This document shows positions 36,501 through 44,799 of a stretch of 53,821 bases of DNA, in pieces. The position numbers and the translations under genes were made by a program. The notes under the pieces are model-generated. The model was not told the DNA's origin. It did no database searches and saw only the letters and a list, made by a program, of their open reading frames with translations. The DNA is from a virus (Duplodnaviria; Caudoviricetes), in IMG/VR virus record IMGVR_UViG_3300037993_000169, positions 1 to 53,821 of that record. One strand, 5' to 3'. How positions within the stretch are numbered: position 1 is the first letter of the stretch; each line of letters starts with the position of its first letter.

Positions 36501-36571
36501 TTAAAGGTCTGGCCGCAGGATACGGTGCAACAAAGGCGTGGAACGTCCTTACGCAAGGGGATCAGCGATGA
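33542..36571 (+). CDS. Large DNA ejection protein with N-terminal lytic transglycosylase (SLT) domain
   Basis: IIKAESSGDP.A...N.NGT.D.GLFQIN...LFDPEKN...GWQPW in the first ~105 aa; the remainder is Ala/Lys-rich and helical. Confidence 0.8.
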   Translation: MPSSIDISQVKWDNADSISALFGADADKAKRIIKAESSGDPTARHTNKNGTHDGGLFQINSVHLPELKKAGIIKDEQDLFDPEKNTAAAAYLHHNKGWQPWEASKAKWGEEKPVDKPVAIDPDKVKWDEEPAKPPQEEQTKPKTAAKPPEPTFAQKAAPFVRPLLETGGAMAVGTLAAPFNVIAPGVSEALGVAGGYLAGKYAADLYDETIARTKKPPTPKEAVSNFLTKDAPEALMIGGTGPVIGKLGSTAKFGMENVGPTAAGARSAAAKQIAKATSAGSIYVDNARAAQEIEARIPGLKFTRGQLTNDPQAIMLQRALERSDTEAAGFSQEQRAFANDALQRYYQSHLTGGQYGIEDFLSTVRGQQTGLETNVEQLQGTVDAKVAELGKAMPVQETGATLTKEAREARTETKAKATALFNEIPTDVTVKTQPLYDAIQGVEKDFNPNVEDPANHPSRLINGIMKEIEEAPAAPSKLVDAKGQPITRAKEPKYIPPPYQATAERYSSGGGYVVRTGPNSFQKSMNGEAWYRTEEEAQRNATALNKRNMKAFDEQNQQLKAQWEKDEARIKEGANPKLKDLSFKDLTKLRSTVLADLRTARASANPNARLISRLNKIREGVDATIDQLAKKPGAVGQKYRQAAKFYREEYVQKYRQGAVADILQAGSRGEETRIATANIAQKFFTKDGADQFVKSIGSKPAARQAMRDYAAYDLLNTAVDPATGQLNPGRVYRWYSHNREVLSKLGLEKEFDSVVKIQRAVDNARGTLTVFNKSVASRVLGAEPEKVIANAFGGAGSKNTAQVAKDLLGLAKGNKAAEEGLRKAFADYFYQKSVTTAVDRMGNPVISVAQMTRVLRENAPAIREIYKGQPGKLQALADIRNAYEILDRTAKSPLGGGSDTAENILTVLGKATEPVLGRSRIINTARIAYRYLKGMKDQDVNKLVIRAAFDPDFAEGLIMAARGKAAKSVIEAGTKKALALKPAPNLKGLAAGYGATKAWNVLTQGDQR

Positions 36572-36723
36572 AGCCAACGATAGATTTTGACTTTCAGGTA
36601 GCAGTGAAGAGCGTAAAGACCAATGCCGAGGAGAAGCAAACAGTTGTGATAATAGGCGGGAAGATTGAGGATTCCGGCGAGAACCATAACGGCGATCACA
36701 TAGCCCATATGTGGAAAGTATAG
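36568..36723 (+). CDS. Hypothetical protein (51 aa)
   Basis: ATGA-coupled to the ejection gene. Confidence 0.45.
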   Translation: MKPTIDFDFQVAVKSVKTNAEEKQTVVIIGGKIEDSGENHNGDHIAHMWKV

Positions 36724-36726
36724 AAC

Positions 36727-38355
36727 ATGAGTCTTCGTGTCGCAATAAAAACCTCTCACGGCTTCATCACCGGCAACGCGACCGACAGCCACGACTCCTT
36801 GATAGAGAAGCGGCACATGCGCGGGGTCAAAGAGGAGCAGCACGGCTTTACTCCTGACGGCCGGCTCTTTCTCGACCGCATAGCGGCAATCAGGTGGATC
36901 GCAGTCAACGAAAAAGACGTCTTCAAGAAGCTGATCGGCCGGGTGGATTCGAAGGGGCTCTACTCCGCGCTCTACCATGAAGTCAAGGGGATCGGACACA
37001 AGGAGCCGGAGGCACCGGTTGTTCACGAGCCGTCGAAGGCCCCAGACGTGTCAAAAATGAAGGCCATCGTAGTCGACTACGGCTATCACACCTACATGGC
37101 GGACCGGCTTTCCCGCGAATATGGGGAAGTTTTCTATTACCGTGCGGATTGGCGCGGCTTTTTCCCGACCAGCGACAAACAGAAAGTGGGGCACGGCTTC
37201 AAGAACTATGAACGCATCCTGAAGTTTTGGGATTACGTCGACAAGGCCGATATCGTAATTTTCTTTTCGCTCTATGATGACGACCTGCAGAAAGCCCTTC
37301 GCAAGATGGGTCACACGGTCTACGGTCCGGGGCCAGGATATACCGAAACGGATAAATGGCTGCTCTACCATGTGCTTCTGAGCGGGACCGGGAAAGAAGA
37401 TAAGGACCTTCTGAAGTTCTACGGCCTCGACGGGCTCAGTGTTAATCTGCCCGTCATCCCGACCGAGCTTATCGTGAGCCTGGATAGCCTCAAGAAGCGG
37501 TTGAAGGATGCGAAAGACCTTTATATTACCCCTCGATACACTTACGACCGCGGCGACATGGAGACGGAGCACTTCGAGGACTTCGAGAAGTTTATTACCG
37601 TGCTCCGGGAACTGTCCTACGAAACGGAGTACGAAGAAGAAGAGAAAGAGTTTATCGTCAGGCCGAAGGTAGAAAGCTCTTGTGAGTCCGGATACGATGA
37701 GTTTCAGATCGACGGGCAGAGTTCTCCCTATGTCACCATGGGGAACGAGAACAAGGACGAGACGTATATCTGCAAGGCCGTCAAGCTCTCGGAATTGCCG
37801 GAAGCATTGGAGAAAATACGCGCAGCCATGGCGCCGGTATATGCAAAGCTCGGCTATCGGGGGAACCACTCGACGGAAGTCCGTTTTGATGAGAAAGGCA
37901 CCGGGCTTTTCCTCGATGACACATGCAGAAAAGGGCAACCCCCCGGCGAGATATGGTCTGAACTCTGGCAGGATTACGGTGCCAACATCTACCAGGTGGC
38001 GAAGGGAGAGACCCCCAACATGAAGCCGGTAGCGAAATATGCTGCGCAGATAAACCTGCATAGCCCGTGGCTTGTCAATAATTGGGTCCCCGTAAGTTAT
38101 CCAAAGGAAATCGCGCCATGGGTGAAGCTGAGAAACAACACCGTAGTGGGGGGCCGTGAATATTGTCTTCCCTTCGACAAAGAAAAGACTCTCGGGTCGG
38201 TCATCGGCCTGGGGAACACAGTGGACGAGGCGGTGAAGAACTGCCTGGAATACCTCAAAGAGTTTTGGGCGCACAAGCTCTATGCGAAAGAGGAATCCTT
38301 TGAAGAGGTAAAAAAAGCGATGAAGGCGGGGGAGCAATGGGAAATAAAGCTATGA
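36727..38355 (+). CDS. ATP-grasp-like protein (PurD-like fold) with an extra N-terminal domain
   Basis: Pre-grasp region IVVD.G...ADRL..E..EV.YY, ADIVIF...D...LRKMG..VYG...E.DK; later GYRG..STEV and LDDTCR.G.PP. Confidence 0.6.
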   Translation: MSLRVAIKTSHGFITGNATDSHDSLIEKRHMRGVKEEQHGFTPDGRLFLDRIAAIRWIAVNEKDVFKKLIGRVDSKGLYSALYHEVKGIGHKEPEAPVVHEPSKAPDVSKMKAIVVDYGYHTYMADRLSREYGEVFYYRADWRGFFPTSDKQKVGHGFKNYERILKFWDYVDKADIVIFFSLYDDDLQKALRKMGHTVYGPGPGYTETDKWLLYHVLLSGTGKEDKDLLKFYGLDGLSVNLPVIPTELIVSLDSLKKRLKDAKDLYITPRYTYDRGDMETEHFEDFEKFITVLRELSYETEYEEEEKEFIVRPKVESSCESGYDEFQIDGQSSPYVTMGNENKDETYICKAVKLSELPEALEKIRAAMAPVYAKLGYRGNHSTEVRFDEKGTGLFLDDTCRKGQPPGEIWSELWQDYGANIYQVAKGETPNMKPVAKYAAQINLHSPWLVNNWVPVSYPKEIAPWVKLRNNTVVGGREYCLPFDKEKTLGSVIGLGNTVDEAVKNCLEYLKEFWAHKLYAKEESFEEVKKAMKAGEQWEIKL

Positions 38356-38804
38356 TCAGCATCCGAGAAGCGACTCTATCCGATCTCGACGCCATCATGT
38401 CAGTAGAACAGGCGTGCTTTAAGGTGGACGGGTTTAACAAAAGGCAGTTCCGGCGATTGATCGTTACCTCGACGTCGAGGGTTTTTGTGATAACCCACAG
38501 GGACAAAGTTATCGGCCATGGTGTCGTACTCGTGACCCCCCTTCGAAACGGACAAACCAAGGGGCGAGTCTATTCCCTTGCGGTCCTTCCCGAGCACGAG
38601 CACCAAGGTTACGGCCGGCAGCTACGCGCTCACATGTGGGCCTATCTCGCCTCAATTTCCGTCGCCTATATCACGGCTGAATGTCACGCGGAGAATAAGC
38701 GACTGGTAAAAAGCAACACGTTGGCTGGGTACAGAATAACCGGAGGGCTGAAGGGCTACTACACCGACGGTTCCGACGCCTTCAGATGGAGAAAAGATCT
38801 ATGA
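38352..38804 (+). CDS. RimI-like GNAT acetyltransferase
   Basis: IREATLSDLDAIMSVEQACF, YSLAVLPEHEHQGYG, N...GY and GYYTDGSDA. Confidence 0.88.
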   Translation: MISIREATLSDLDAIMSVEQACFKVDGFNKRQFRRLIVTSTSRVFVITHRDKVIGHGVVLVTPLRNGQTKGRVYSLAVLPEHEHQGYGRQLRAHMWAYLASISVAYITAECHAENKRLVKSNTLAGYRITGGLKGYYTDGSDAFRWRKDL

Positions 38805-38941
38805 CCCTTCAAGACATCCGTCAATCCCTTATCGCCGTCGATCAGTCGTACATCGAGCATCGGATCACCGACGCCGCATACGTGAGCGAGGTGCACCGGC
38901 TCATCGAACAGTTGAAACATTCCACAGAGGTGACACAATGA
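38801..38941 (+). CDS. Hypothetical protein (46 aa)
   Basis: ATGA-coupled on both sides, exactly filling the gap. Confidence 0.5.
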   Translation: MTLQDIRQSLIAVDQSYIEHRITDAAYVSEVHRLIEQLKHSTEVTQ

Positions 38942-40962
38942 GCGTAAGCATTGCGCCCTATCCCCGTTTCAAGGCATTCTACCCCGGCACGGGGAACCCT
39001 CTTTCCGGAGGGCAGCTCTGGACCCTTCAGCCCGGGTCTGTAGGTTTCGGCAACCTGAAGGCCAGCTATACGGATTCCTCGGGCCAGACGGTGAACACCA
39101 ACCCGGTGATCCTCGATCCGAGCGGCGAGGCCGATGTGTGGCTCTCCGGCTTTACCAAGCTTGTGCTGCAGGACTCGCAGGGCAATCAGATATGGAGCCG
39201 GGACAACGTCTCTTCCATGCCCGCTCCGAGTGGCGCAACGACTCAGGAAAGTCAATGGATAGAGCAGTCGTTGGCTTACACCTATATCAACTCCACACAG
39301 TTCTCCGTCCCCGGCGATCAGACCGCTATTTTCATGGCGGGGGGTCGGATTCAGGCCACAATTTCCGCGGGGTTAATCGAGGGTATGATCACGGGCGCCG
39401 TTGCAGGCTCCATCCCGGTCGCCACGGTTGTGACAGTCGCATGGGACTCAACGGTCCTGGACGCAAGTATGTCGTCAATCGCAACCGGGATCATCCCTCC
39501 CGGAACATCCTCCTTTCCTTATCAGGTGGGGGAGGAAATGGTTTGGCCCGGCCCAAAACTCCCTCCGGGCAGGTGGATGGAAGAGGATCACTCGGCGGTG
39601 GGCAGGGTAACCTACGCCGCCCTGTTCAATTTCCTTGCAATTCAGACCTCGGGGAATACGCACGGCTCCACGACCATCGACAGCATTCCAGACACCACGG
39701 GCATGGGCGCGGGCATGCCTATTTCGGGCATAGGGATCGTCAATGAAGCAATCGGCAGCAGCAACCTCATCGCATCATGGGCAAGCCCCACGGGCACGGG
39801 GAGTGTGACCCCCGTCAACGTCAGCTACGGGACGTTTACCGTCTCCGGCGCAAACATCGCAAGCGCGGAATATTCCGGCACATCACCTGCGGCACAGACG
39901 GCCACCCTGACTATTTCCGGGCTCACGGCAGGACAGACCTACTCTCTCAGCTTCACGCCCATCGTGAGTGGGCAGGCGCCTGTTCTCACGGCTACTTCAG
40001 GGATCAGTCAATGCGCGTCAATACCGGGCGTTGTGAGCGGCGTTGTCGAGCAGTTTTACTTTGTCCCCTCCGGCAGTTCAGCTGTCTTCACTTTTACCAA
40101 CACGGCGGCGAGCACGTGGGCGACCGCGAGCACGAGCTGCAACGCTACGGGATACGACTCATTCACTAGCTCGGGTCCCAATATCACGTCTGCGGTCAAT
40201 ACGGCAGGGACACTTGAGACGGCAGATACAGCCGCCATTACAACCGTTATCGGGCAAATGTATCAACTCACCGCGACATCGGCCCCCGTAACTGGGCAAA
40301 CCATGACTTTGTCAGGCTCGGATAAGGCGATACCATCGATTACGCTTGCGGCGGGTCCTCAGAGCATCACCTTCATTGCCACCGGAACTTCTCTCGTTTT
40401 GACAGTGACCAATAACGGTGCAGGCAGCAATGGCTGCACGTTCACTCTCTACAAGTACACCCCGCAAACCATAATAACCGCAGTAAACAGCGGCAGCCAG
40501 ATCATCATAAGCCAGCCCGCAACAAGCTCGAATGTCGCCGTCGCCATCGTCGTCGCGCCCCACGGGGTAGGGGACGGGTCGACCACCTTCAACATTCCCG
40601 ATGCGCGCGGAAGAATGATAATGGGTGCAGGACAGGGGAACACGGGCGAGGGAGAGTGGACGGGGACAACCCAGGTGCCGGGAGTCGCGGGCGGTGCGGA
40701 GACGCATACCCAGGCAGCAGATGAGGTCGGCCCAGCAACAATTACGGTTACCGATCCAGGTCATGTACATCCTGCTTCATCAGGCAACTTCTTAGTAAGT
40801 GGAGGGGGGAGTTCAATAGCGGCAGGGACATATGCTTTTCAGCAAGCCACTAACACCGGCAGCAGCATGACCGGCATATCTGGAGTCGTAGGCAATCCCG
40901 TACCTACGCCGATGAATATCACGAGTCCTTATACAGTAAGAAAGATTCTCATTCGTTACTGA
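38938..40962 (+). CDS. Tail fibre protein with N-terminal attachment domain and split tail-collar domain
   Basis: PLSGGQL...YTDSSG...NTNPVILD..GEA N-terminus; collar halves VGEEMVWPG...TYAALF and GVGDGSTTFNIPDARGR; C-terminal MNITSPY...ILIRY. Confidence 0.85.
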   Translation: MSVSIAPYPRFKAFYPGTGNPLSGGQLWTLQPGSVGFGNLKASYTDSSGQTVNTNPVILDPSGEADVWLSGFTKLVLQDSQGNQIWSRDNVSSMPAPSGATTQESQWIEQSLAYTYINSTQFSVPGDQTAIFMAGGRIQATISAGLIEGMITGAVAGSIPVATVVTVAWDSTVLDASMSSIATGIIPPGTSSFPYQVGEEMVWPGPKLPPGRWMEEDHSAVGRVTYAALFNFLAIQTSGNTHGSTTIDSIPDTTGMGAGMPISGIGIVNEAIGSSNLIASWASPTGTGSVTPVNVSYGTFTVSGANIASAEYSGTSPAAQTATLTISGLTAGQTYSLSFTPIVSGQAPVLTATSGISQCASIPGVVSGVVEQFYFVPSGSSAVFTFTNTAASTWATASTSCNATGYDSFTSSGPNITSAVNTAGTLETADTAAITTVIGQMYQLTATSAPVTGQTMTLSGSDKAIPSITLAAGPQSITFIATGTSLVLTVTNNGAGSNGCTFTLYKYTPQTIITAVNSGSQIIISQPATSSNVAVAIVVAPHGVGDGSTTFNIPDARGRMIMGAGQGNTGEGEWTGTTQVPGVAGGAETHTQAADEVGPATITVTDPGHVHPASSGNFLVSGGGSSIAAGTYAFQQATNTGSSMTGISGVVGNPVPTPMNITSPYTVRKILIRY

Positions 40963-40974
40963 GAGAGGTCGAAG

Positions 40975-43512
40975 ATGAAACACTTTTTTGCCGCACTCCT
41001 CATCCTTGCCGCCCTCTTCATTGGGACGGCGTACGCACAGCAACAGTTTTCACAGGCGCTTTCGAGCCAATGCTGGAACTTTGACAATGTCCCGACATCT
41101 CCGACCTACGGAACGTGGGTCTATAATTCCCAGTGCACGCAAAGTTTGAATCTCGGTTTTGTCGATGCTCGTGGGTTCAAGACCCTCAATGCTGCCCAGG
41201 TGACGGCGGCTCTTCAAGGTCTGCAAATTAAAGTTTTTGAGTACATCCCTCTTGGAGCGCCCCTGACGACGAGCGTGCCGATCAGCGTCGAGAGTAGCGG
41301 GGTTGTCGACACAAAGGGTTATGCTCTCACAATCAGCGCCCCCTGGTGCGACAAAATGGCCTCGGCATCGTCACCGATCATTGGTACCGGGGCAATTACG
41401 TGGAATGTTAGTGATTGTGGAGGCTTCTATTCTTTCATTGACTCTATCGTCAACTCTTCTGGTTCAGTTTCCCTCATCAACGATTCCGCATCCCCCGGCA
41501 ACAGCATGGTGTATGGCACAAACTCATCAGGAGTGAAGGGCTGGCAGACTGGCGGCTCGGGTTGTAGCGGGGGAGTCTGTTCGGGCTCGGAGCTTGACCT
41601 CACAGATATCTCCGGCGCGGGCGATAATGCAAAGCTCCAGAACTATCAGGGACAGATTCACTTGCTCACGCAGTCCGCCAATATTTCCGGGGGCTACACG
41701 CCATCTCCCTCAAACGACTGGAACAACCCCGCGAAGCACTACGCATTTCTCCCCTCGAGCATCTTCGACCTCGGGGAATTCCACGCCTATGGGCCTGGAT
41801 ATTTCCTTGTCGGCGATCACTCGCCGATCACCGGCACGTCGATCAATGACATGGCCCTGGCCGTCTGGGACCATGTCATGACTCACGATGTTTCCGGTTG
41901 CACGGCTTCGGGCGTGCCTTGGTCTTGCTGCACGGGGTCAGGATCGGGAACGTGTTCTTCTGTGGATTGGGCAGGATGGTTCGAAGCTCAGGACTACTCT
42001 TCTCTCGCAGATTCGATGATGTTCGGAACCGTGAGCGGAGCAACGCAAGCCCACCAAAGTGAAGTGCTGGGGACTGATGGGTTGTCGTATTCGTGTATCC
42101 TCGGCTACACGCCGTCGGATACGACGACGCAGCCGCCCAGCGGCGTCAATGCTCATCTTTATTGGTGCAGCGCGGCACCTGGAAACATCCTCTACAGCAG
42201 CACTTGCAACAACGGCAGCGGGGATATGGTCTGGACCATCGGCACGCAGTATCATGCGTCCGGATACGGCGTGGGAGAACTGTTCGGTTTGACGGGTTTT
42301 GCAAGTGCCTGGGGCACGCCTTCCTTAATGGTTGGCACGACCGGGGAGATTGAAGTCGGTAGCGACCTCTGGGATACGCTGGGAGGCGGAATAGCCGTTG
42401 CGACCTATTCCCCGATCTTGGCGTACAAGAGCGATAATGAAACTCCTGTGTCCACAGGAACCATGATCGGCAACAGCATCCCCAAGATAGTGGGGGGTGC
42501 GATTCAGGTGGGTCAGCAGATGTACGATCCCTTGATCTTGCAGACGGCAGTCAGCCAAGTCATGGGATCAGATGGGCACGTCTACGACAATATTTCCGCC
42601 TACCAGCCCACGAACACGACGACCGCCCCGGTCAGCGGAGGGTCATACGCGACTTACTGGACTCGCCACAAGAATACACAGGGGGGCTACACGGACAGCG
42701 GCCAGAACCCGCTGCCCTTCGTGATTGGCAGCCTCTACACGCCTGGTGGTGCAGTAGTGCAGTTGCAATCCGATTCCTATCAGACGGGCTCTTTCACTCA
42801 AACCGGTTTAATCCATGCGCTGGTTAACGGCATAGACGTCGGTATTCCTTTCGGCGCTTGGACCGGACCGGTATTTGCCGGGCAGCTGATGAATTCGCCG
42901 ATGGTCAGTAACCAGTGGGCGTTCGCTGCTGGGAACGGGAGCGGTGCGGGCGGCTTCAGCATATCTGGCGGGGTGCTGACTCTTGCCCCATATGCAGGCG
43001 GTTCTTCGACGGCGATTGCCACACAGGCCATGAAGTGGCCTGTGGCCGGGCGGACCTACACGGTCAGCATCGATGTCACCGCCCTAGTAGATACCGTTGC
43101 CCCGATCGTGATATCAGGATTAGCCAATGGCGGGACCGGCTATGCTCAATACGATGTGTTCTGGATAACGCAGGCGGGCGCAGCAAACGGCGAATTTGTT
43201 GTCGATTCGGTAAATGGGTCAGGGACGATTCTGACCTGTCACATGGCCAATGGCGGGACCGGCTACAGCGTCGCCAACAATCTCCCGACAACCACGAACA
43301 GCGCCCACGGCTCGGGGGCCCTAATGAATATCATCGAGGTAGGGCCTGGCTATCTGGTTTACACGCTCGGGGGCACTCAGGGAGTGCCAATATCCACAAT
43401 CACCACTAACACGCAGAATATCACGGCGGTTAATAATAAACCGTTGGATATCTTTTCGACGGACGGCACCACAACGGCGACCGTCACGTCGATAAGTATA
43501 GTGTTGCAGTAA
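40975..43512 (+). CDS. Large adhesin/tail-fibre-like protein with a predicted Sec signal peptide and Cys-rich motifs
   Basis: N-terminus MKHFFAALLILAALFIGTAYA-QQ; Ser/Thr/Gly-rich; CTASGVPWSCCTGSGSGTC motif; two V.G.DG..Y...P.SG....YW repeats. Confidence 0.7.
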   Translation: MKHFFAALLILAALFIGTAYAQQQFSQALSSQCWNFDNVPTSPTYGTWVYNSQCTQSLNLGFVDARGFKTLNAAQVTAALQGLQIKVFEYIPLGAPLTTSVPISVESSGVVDTKGYALTISAPWCDKMASASSPIIGTGAITWNVSDCGGFYSFIDSIVNSSGSVSLINDSASPGNSMVYGTNSSGVKGWQTGGSGCSGGVCSGSELDLTDISGAGDNAKLQNYQGQIHLLTQSANISGGYTPSPSNDWNNPAKHYAFLPSSIFDLGEFHAYGPGYFLVGDHSPITGTSINDMALAVWDHVMTHDVSGCTASGVPWSCCTGSGSGTCSSVDWAGWFEAQDYSSLADSMMFGTVSGATQAHQSEVLGTDGLSYSCILGYTPSDTTTQPPSGVNAHLYWCSAAPGNILYSSTCNNGSGDMVWTIGTQYHASGYGVGELFGLTGFASAWGTPSLMVGTTGEIEVGSDLWDTLGGGIAVATYSPILAYKSDNETPVSTGTMIGNSIPKIVGGAIQVGQQMYDPLILQTAVSQVMGSDGHVYDNISAYQPTNTTTAPVSGGSYATYWTRHKNTQGGYTDSGQNPLPFVIGSLYTPGGAVVQLQSDSYQTGSFTQTGLIHALVNGIDVGIPFGAWTGPVFAGQLMNSPMVSNQWAFAAGNGSGAGGFSISGGVLTLAPYAGGSSTAIATQAMKWPVAGRTYTVSIDVTALVDTVAPIVISGLANGGTGYAQYDVFWITQAGAANGEFVVDSVNGSGTILTCHMANGGTGYSVANNLPTTTNSAHGSGALMNIIEVGPGYLVYTLGGTQGVPISTITTNTQNITAVNNKPLDIFSTDGTTTATVTSISIVLQ

Positions 43513-43524
43513 ATGGGAGGGACC

Positions 43525-43752
43525 ATGAAGCATTTCTTGATTCTGTTTTTTGCGGCCTTTCTCTTCGTGCCGATCACAGCTTCACGTGCCGACGACGAGA
43601 CGGTGACCATGCTGCATCGTAGCACTATCGCCGCACCTAAGTCCGATACGCGATCCGCCGATGCGATCAGGGCCAAGAAGGCACGGGAGATCGAGAGGAA
43701 GCGGATACATTCAGAGAGCATACGGCAGGCCGTCAAGGGCCTGCATAGATAA
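43525..43752 (+). CDS. Small protein with predicted signal peptide
   Basis: MKHFLILFFAAFLFVPITASRA-DD; SD GGAGG. Confidence 0.6.
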   Translation: MKHFLILFFAAFLFVPITASRADDETVTMLHRSTIAAPKSDTRSADAIRAKKAREIERKRIHSESIRQAVKGLHR

Positions 43753-43762
43753 GGAGAAGGTT

Positions 43763-43831
43763 ATGCGCTATCTTGTGATCGTCGTTTTTATTGCGGCCAT
43801 GATGGGCTTGGCATCGATATTGCCGATCTAG
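43763..43831 (+). CDS. 22-aa hydrophobic peptide
   Basis: SD AAGGAG; MRYLVIVVFIAAMMGLASILPI. Confidence 0.35.
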   Translation: MRYLVIVVFIAAMMGLASILPI

Positions 43832-43884
43832 AGCGCAGGTTCCCGGAAGCCGGTGCTTCCGCAAAGCCATAAAGGAGGACTCCC

Positions 43885-44283
43885 TTGAAAAAAGTTTATC
43901 TCTCCCTCATCCTCATTGCCTTTGTAATCGCCTACTGTACCGTGACGTTTGCGCAGAATGTCGCCTCAGTGACAGCCGTTGGCAACAGCCCCGTCTCGTC
44001 TCAGGTGGTATGCGGCAGCACCCCCACGCTGCTCTATAGACCCACTCAGGCAGGATGGGCGACCAATGCGCCGTATGGCCGGGTGTCTATCTGGTTTGAG
44101 AACCAGAGTAACGTGCCGGTCTACATCGCCCCTCGAAGCGACATATCCACGAGCAATGCGGCTATACTGCTCACCATTCAGGGGCACACCTTCAACTTTG
44201 ACCGGACGACGGGCGGCAACGTGACCTGGTACTGCATCACGGCGAGCGGAAGTGCGACGGTCGGGGTCCTGGAGGAAAAGTGA
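43885..44283 (+). CDS. Beta-rich protein with predicted signal peptide
   Basis: TTG start after AAGGAGG; MKKVYLSLILIAFVIAYCTVTFA-Q; two Cys in the mature part. Confidence 0.7.
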   Translation: MKKVYLSLILIAFVIAYCTVTFAQNVASVTAVGNSPVSSQVVCGSTPTLLYRPTQAGWATNAPYGRVSIWFENQSNVPVYIAPRSDISTSNAAILLTIQGHTFNFDRTTGGNVTWYCITASGSATVGVLEEK

Positions 44284-44798
44284 TGAAGCAATACCGAGTC
44301 ATCCTTATTGTCTGTCTCCTTCTGAGCCCTGTTGCGGCTTTTGCCGGCGGGTCATCCTCACCCCCTTCCGGTTGGAATTACAATTTCCAGACCAACACCC
44401 TGACGCCGGTCGGGGGGGCGGGGGTGAGCGTCACCGTTGCTATCGACTGCCACGCGAATTGCTCTCCTACCGCCGCGCAGCTTACAAGCGGCGCTGTTCT
44501 CTATAACACTGGCCAGACCACGGGCAACTCTGCCGTCACCCTCCCCGCCGTCTCCGGCTGGTCGACAGGTTCGTTTTCCCTCGACGTGACGGCCACGACT
44601 ACCGGAATGCCCGTGGGAAACATCACGGTCAGCTCGACAACAGCCAATATCTGCCTCGATGAAGCGTGTGGCACGACATACACGACCCTGACCGTGACCA
44701 CGCCTACAGCGGATACGAGCCTTGTGTGCCGGGCCTTTGGCAACGGGGCGGATATCCACTGTTATTCGGTAGGCGCGATGAGCGCCACGGGGTCATAA
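44280..44798 (+). CDS. Thr/Cys-rich protein with predicted signal peptide
   Basis: MKQYRVILIVCLLLSPVAAFA-G; six Cys in the mature region. Confidence 0.7.
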   Translation: MMKQYRVILIVCLLLSPVAAFAGGSSSPPSGWNYNFQTNTLTPVGGAGVSVTVAIDCHANCSPTAAQLTSGAVLYNTGQTTGNSAVTLPAVSGWSTGSFSLDVTATTTGMPVGNITVSSTTANICLDEACGTTYTTLTVTTPTADTSLVCRAFGNGADIHCYSVGAMSATGS

Positions 44799-44799
44799 G

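Noticed and set aside
13537-38337. Long minus-strand ORFs (e.g. 14551-15807, 24807-26063, 31717-33027, 37051-38337)
   Set aside because: They mirror well-supported plus-strand genes, lack motifs, and are expected from codon bias in GC-rich coding DNA.
36727-38355. Genuine purD auxiliary metabolic gene
   Set aside because: Only fold-level resemblance; the PurD GxGGRE and GPNTGGMG motifs are absent.
43830-43870. Possible tRNA or ncRNA
   Set aside because: Only a single hairpin (CGGAAGC-CGGT-GCTTCCG); no cloverleaf or T-loop consensus.
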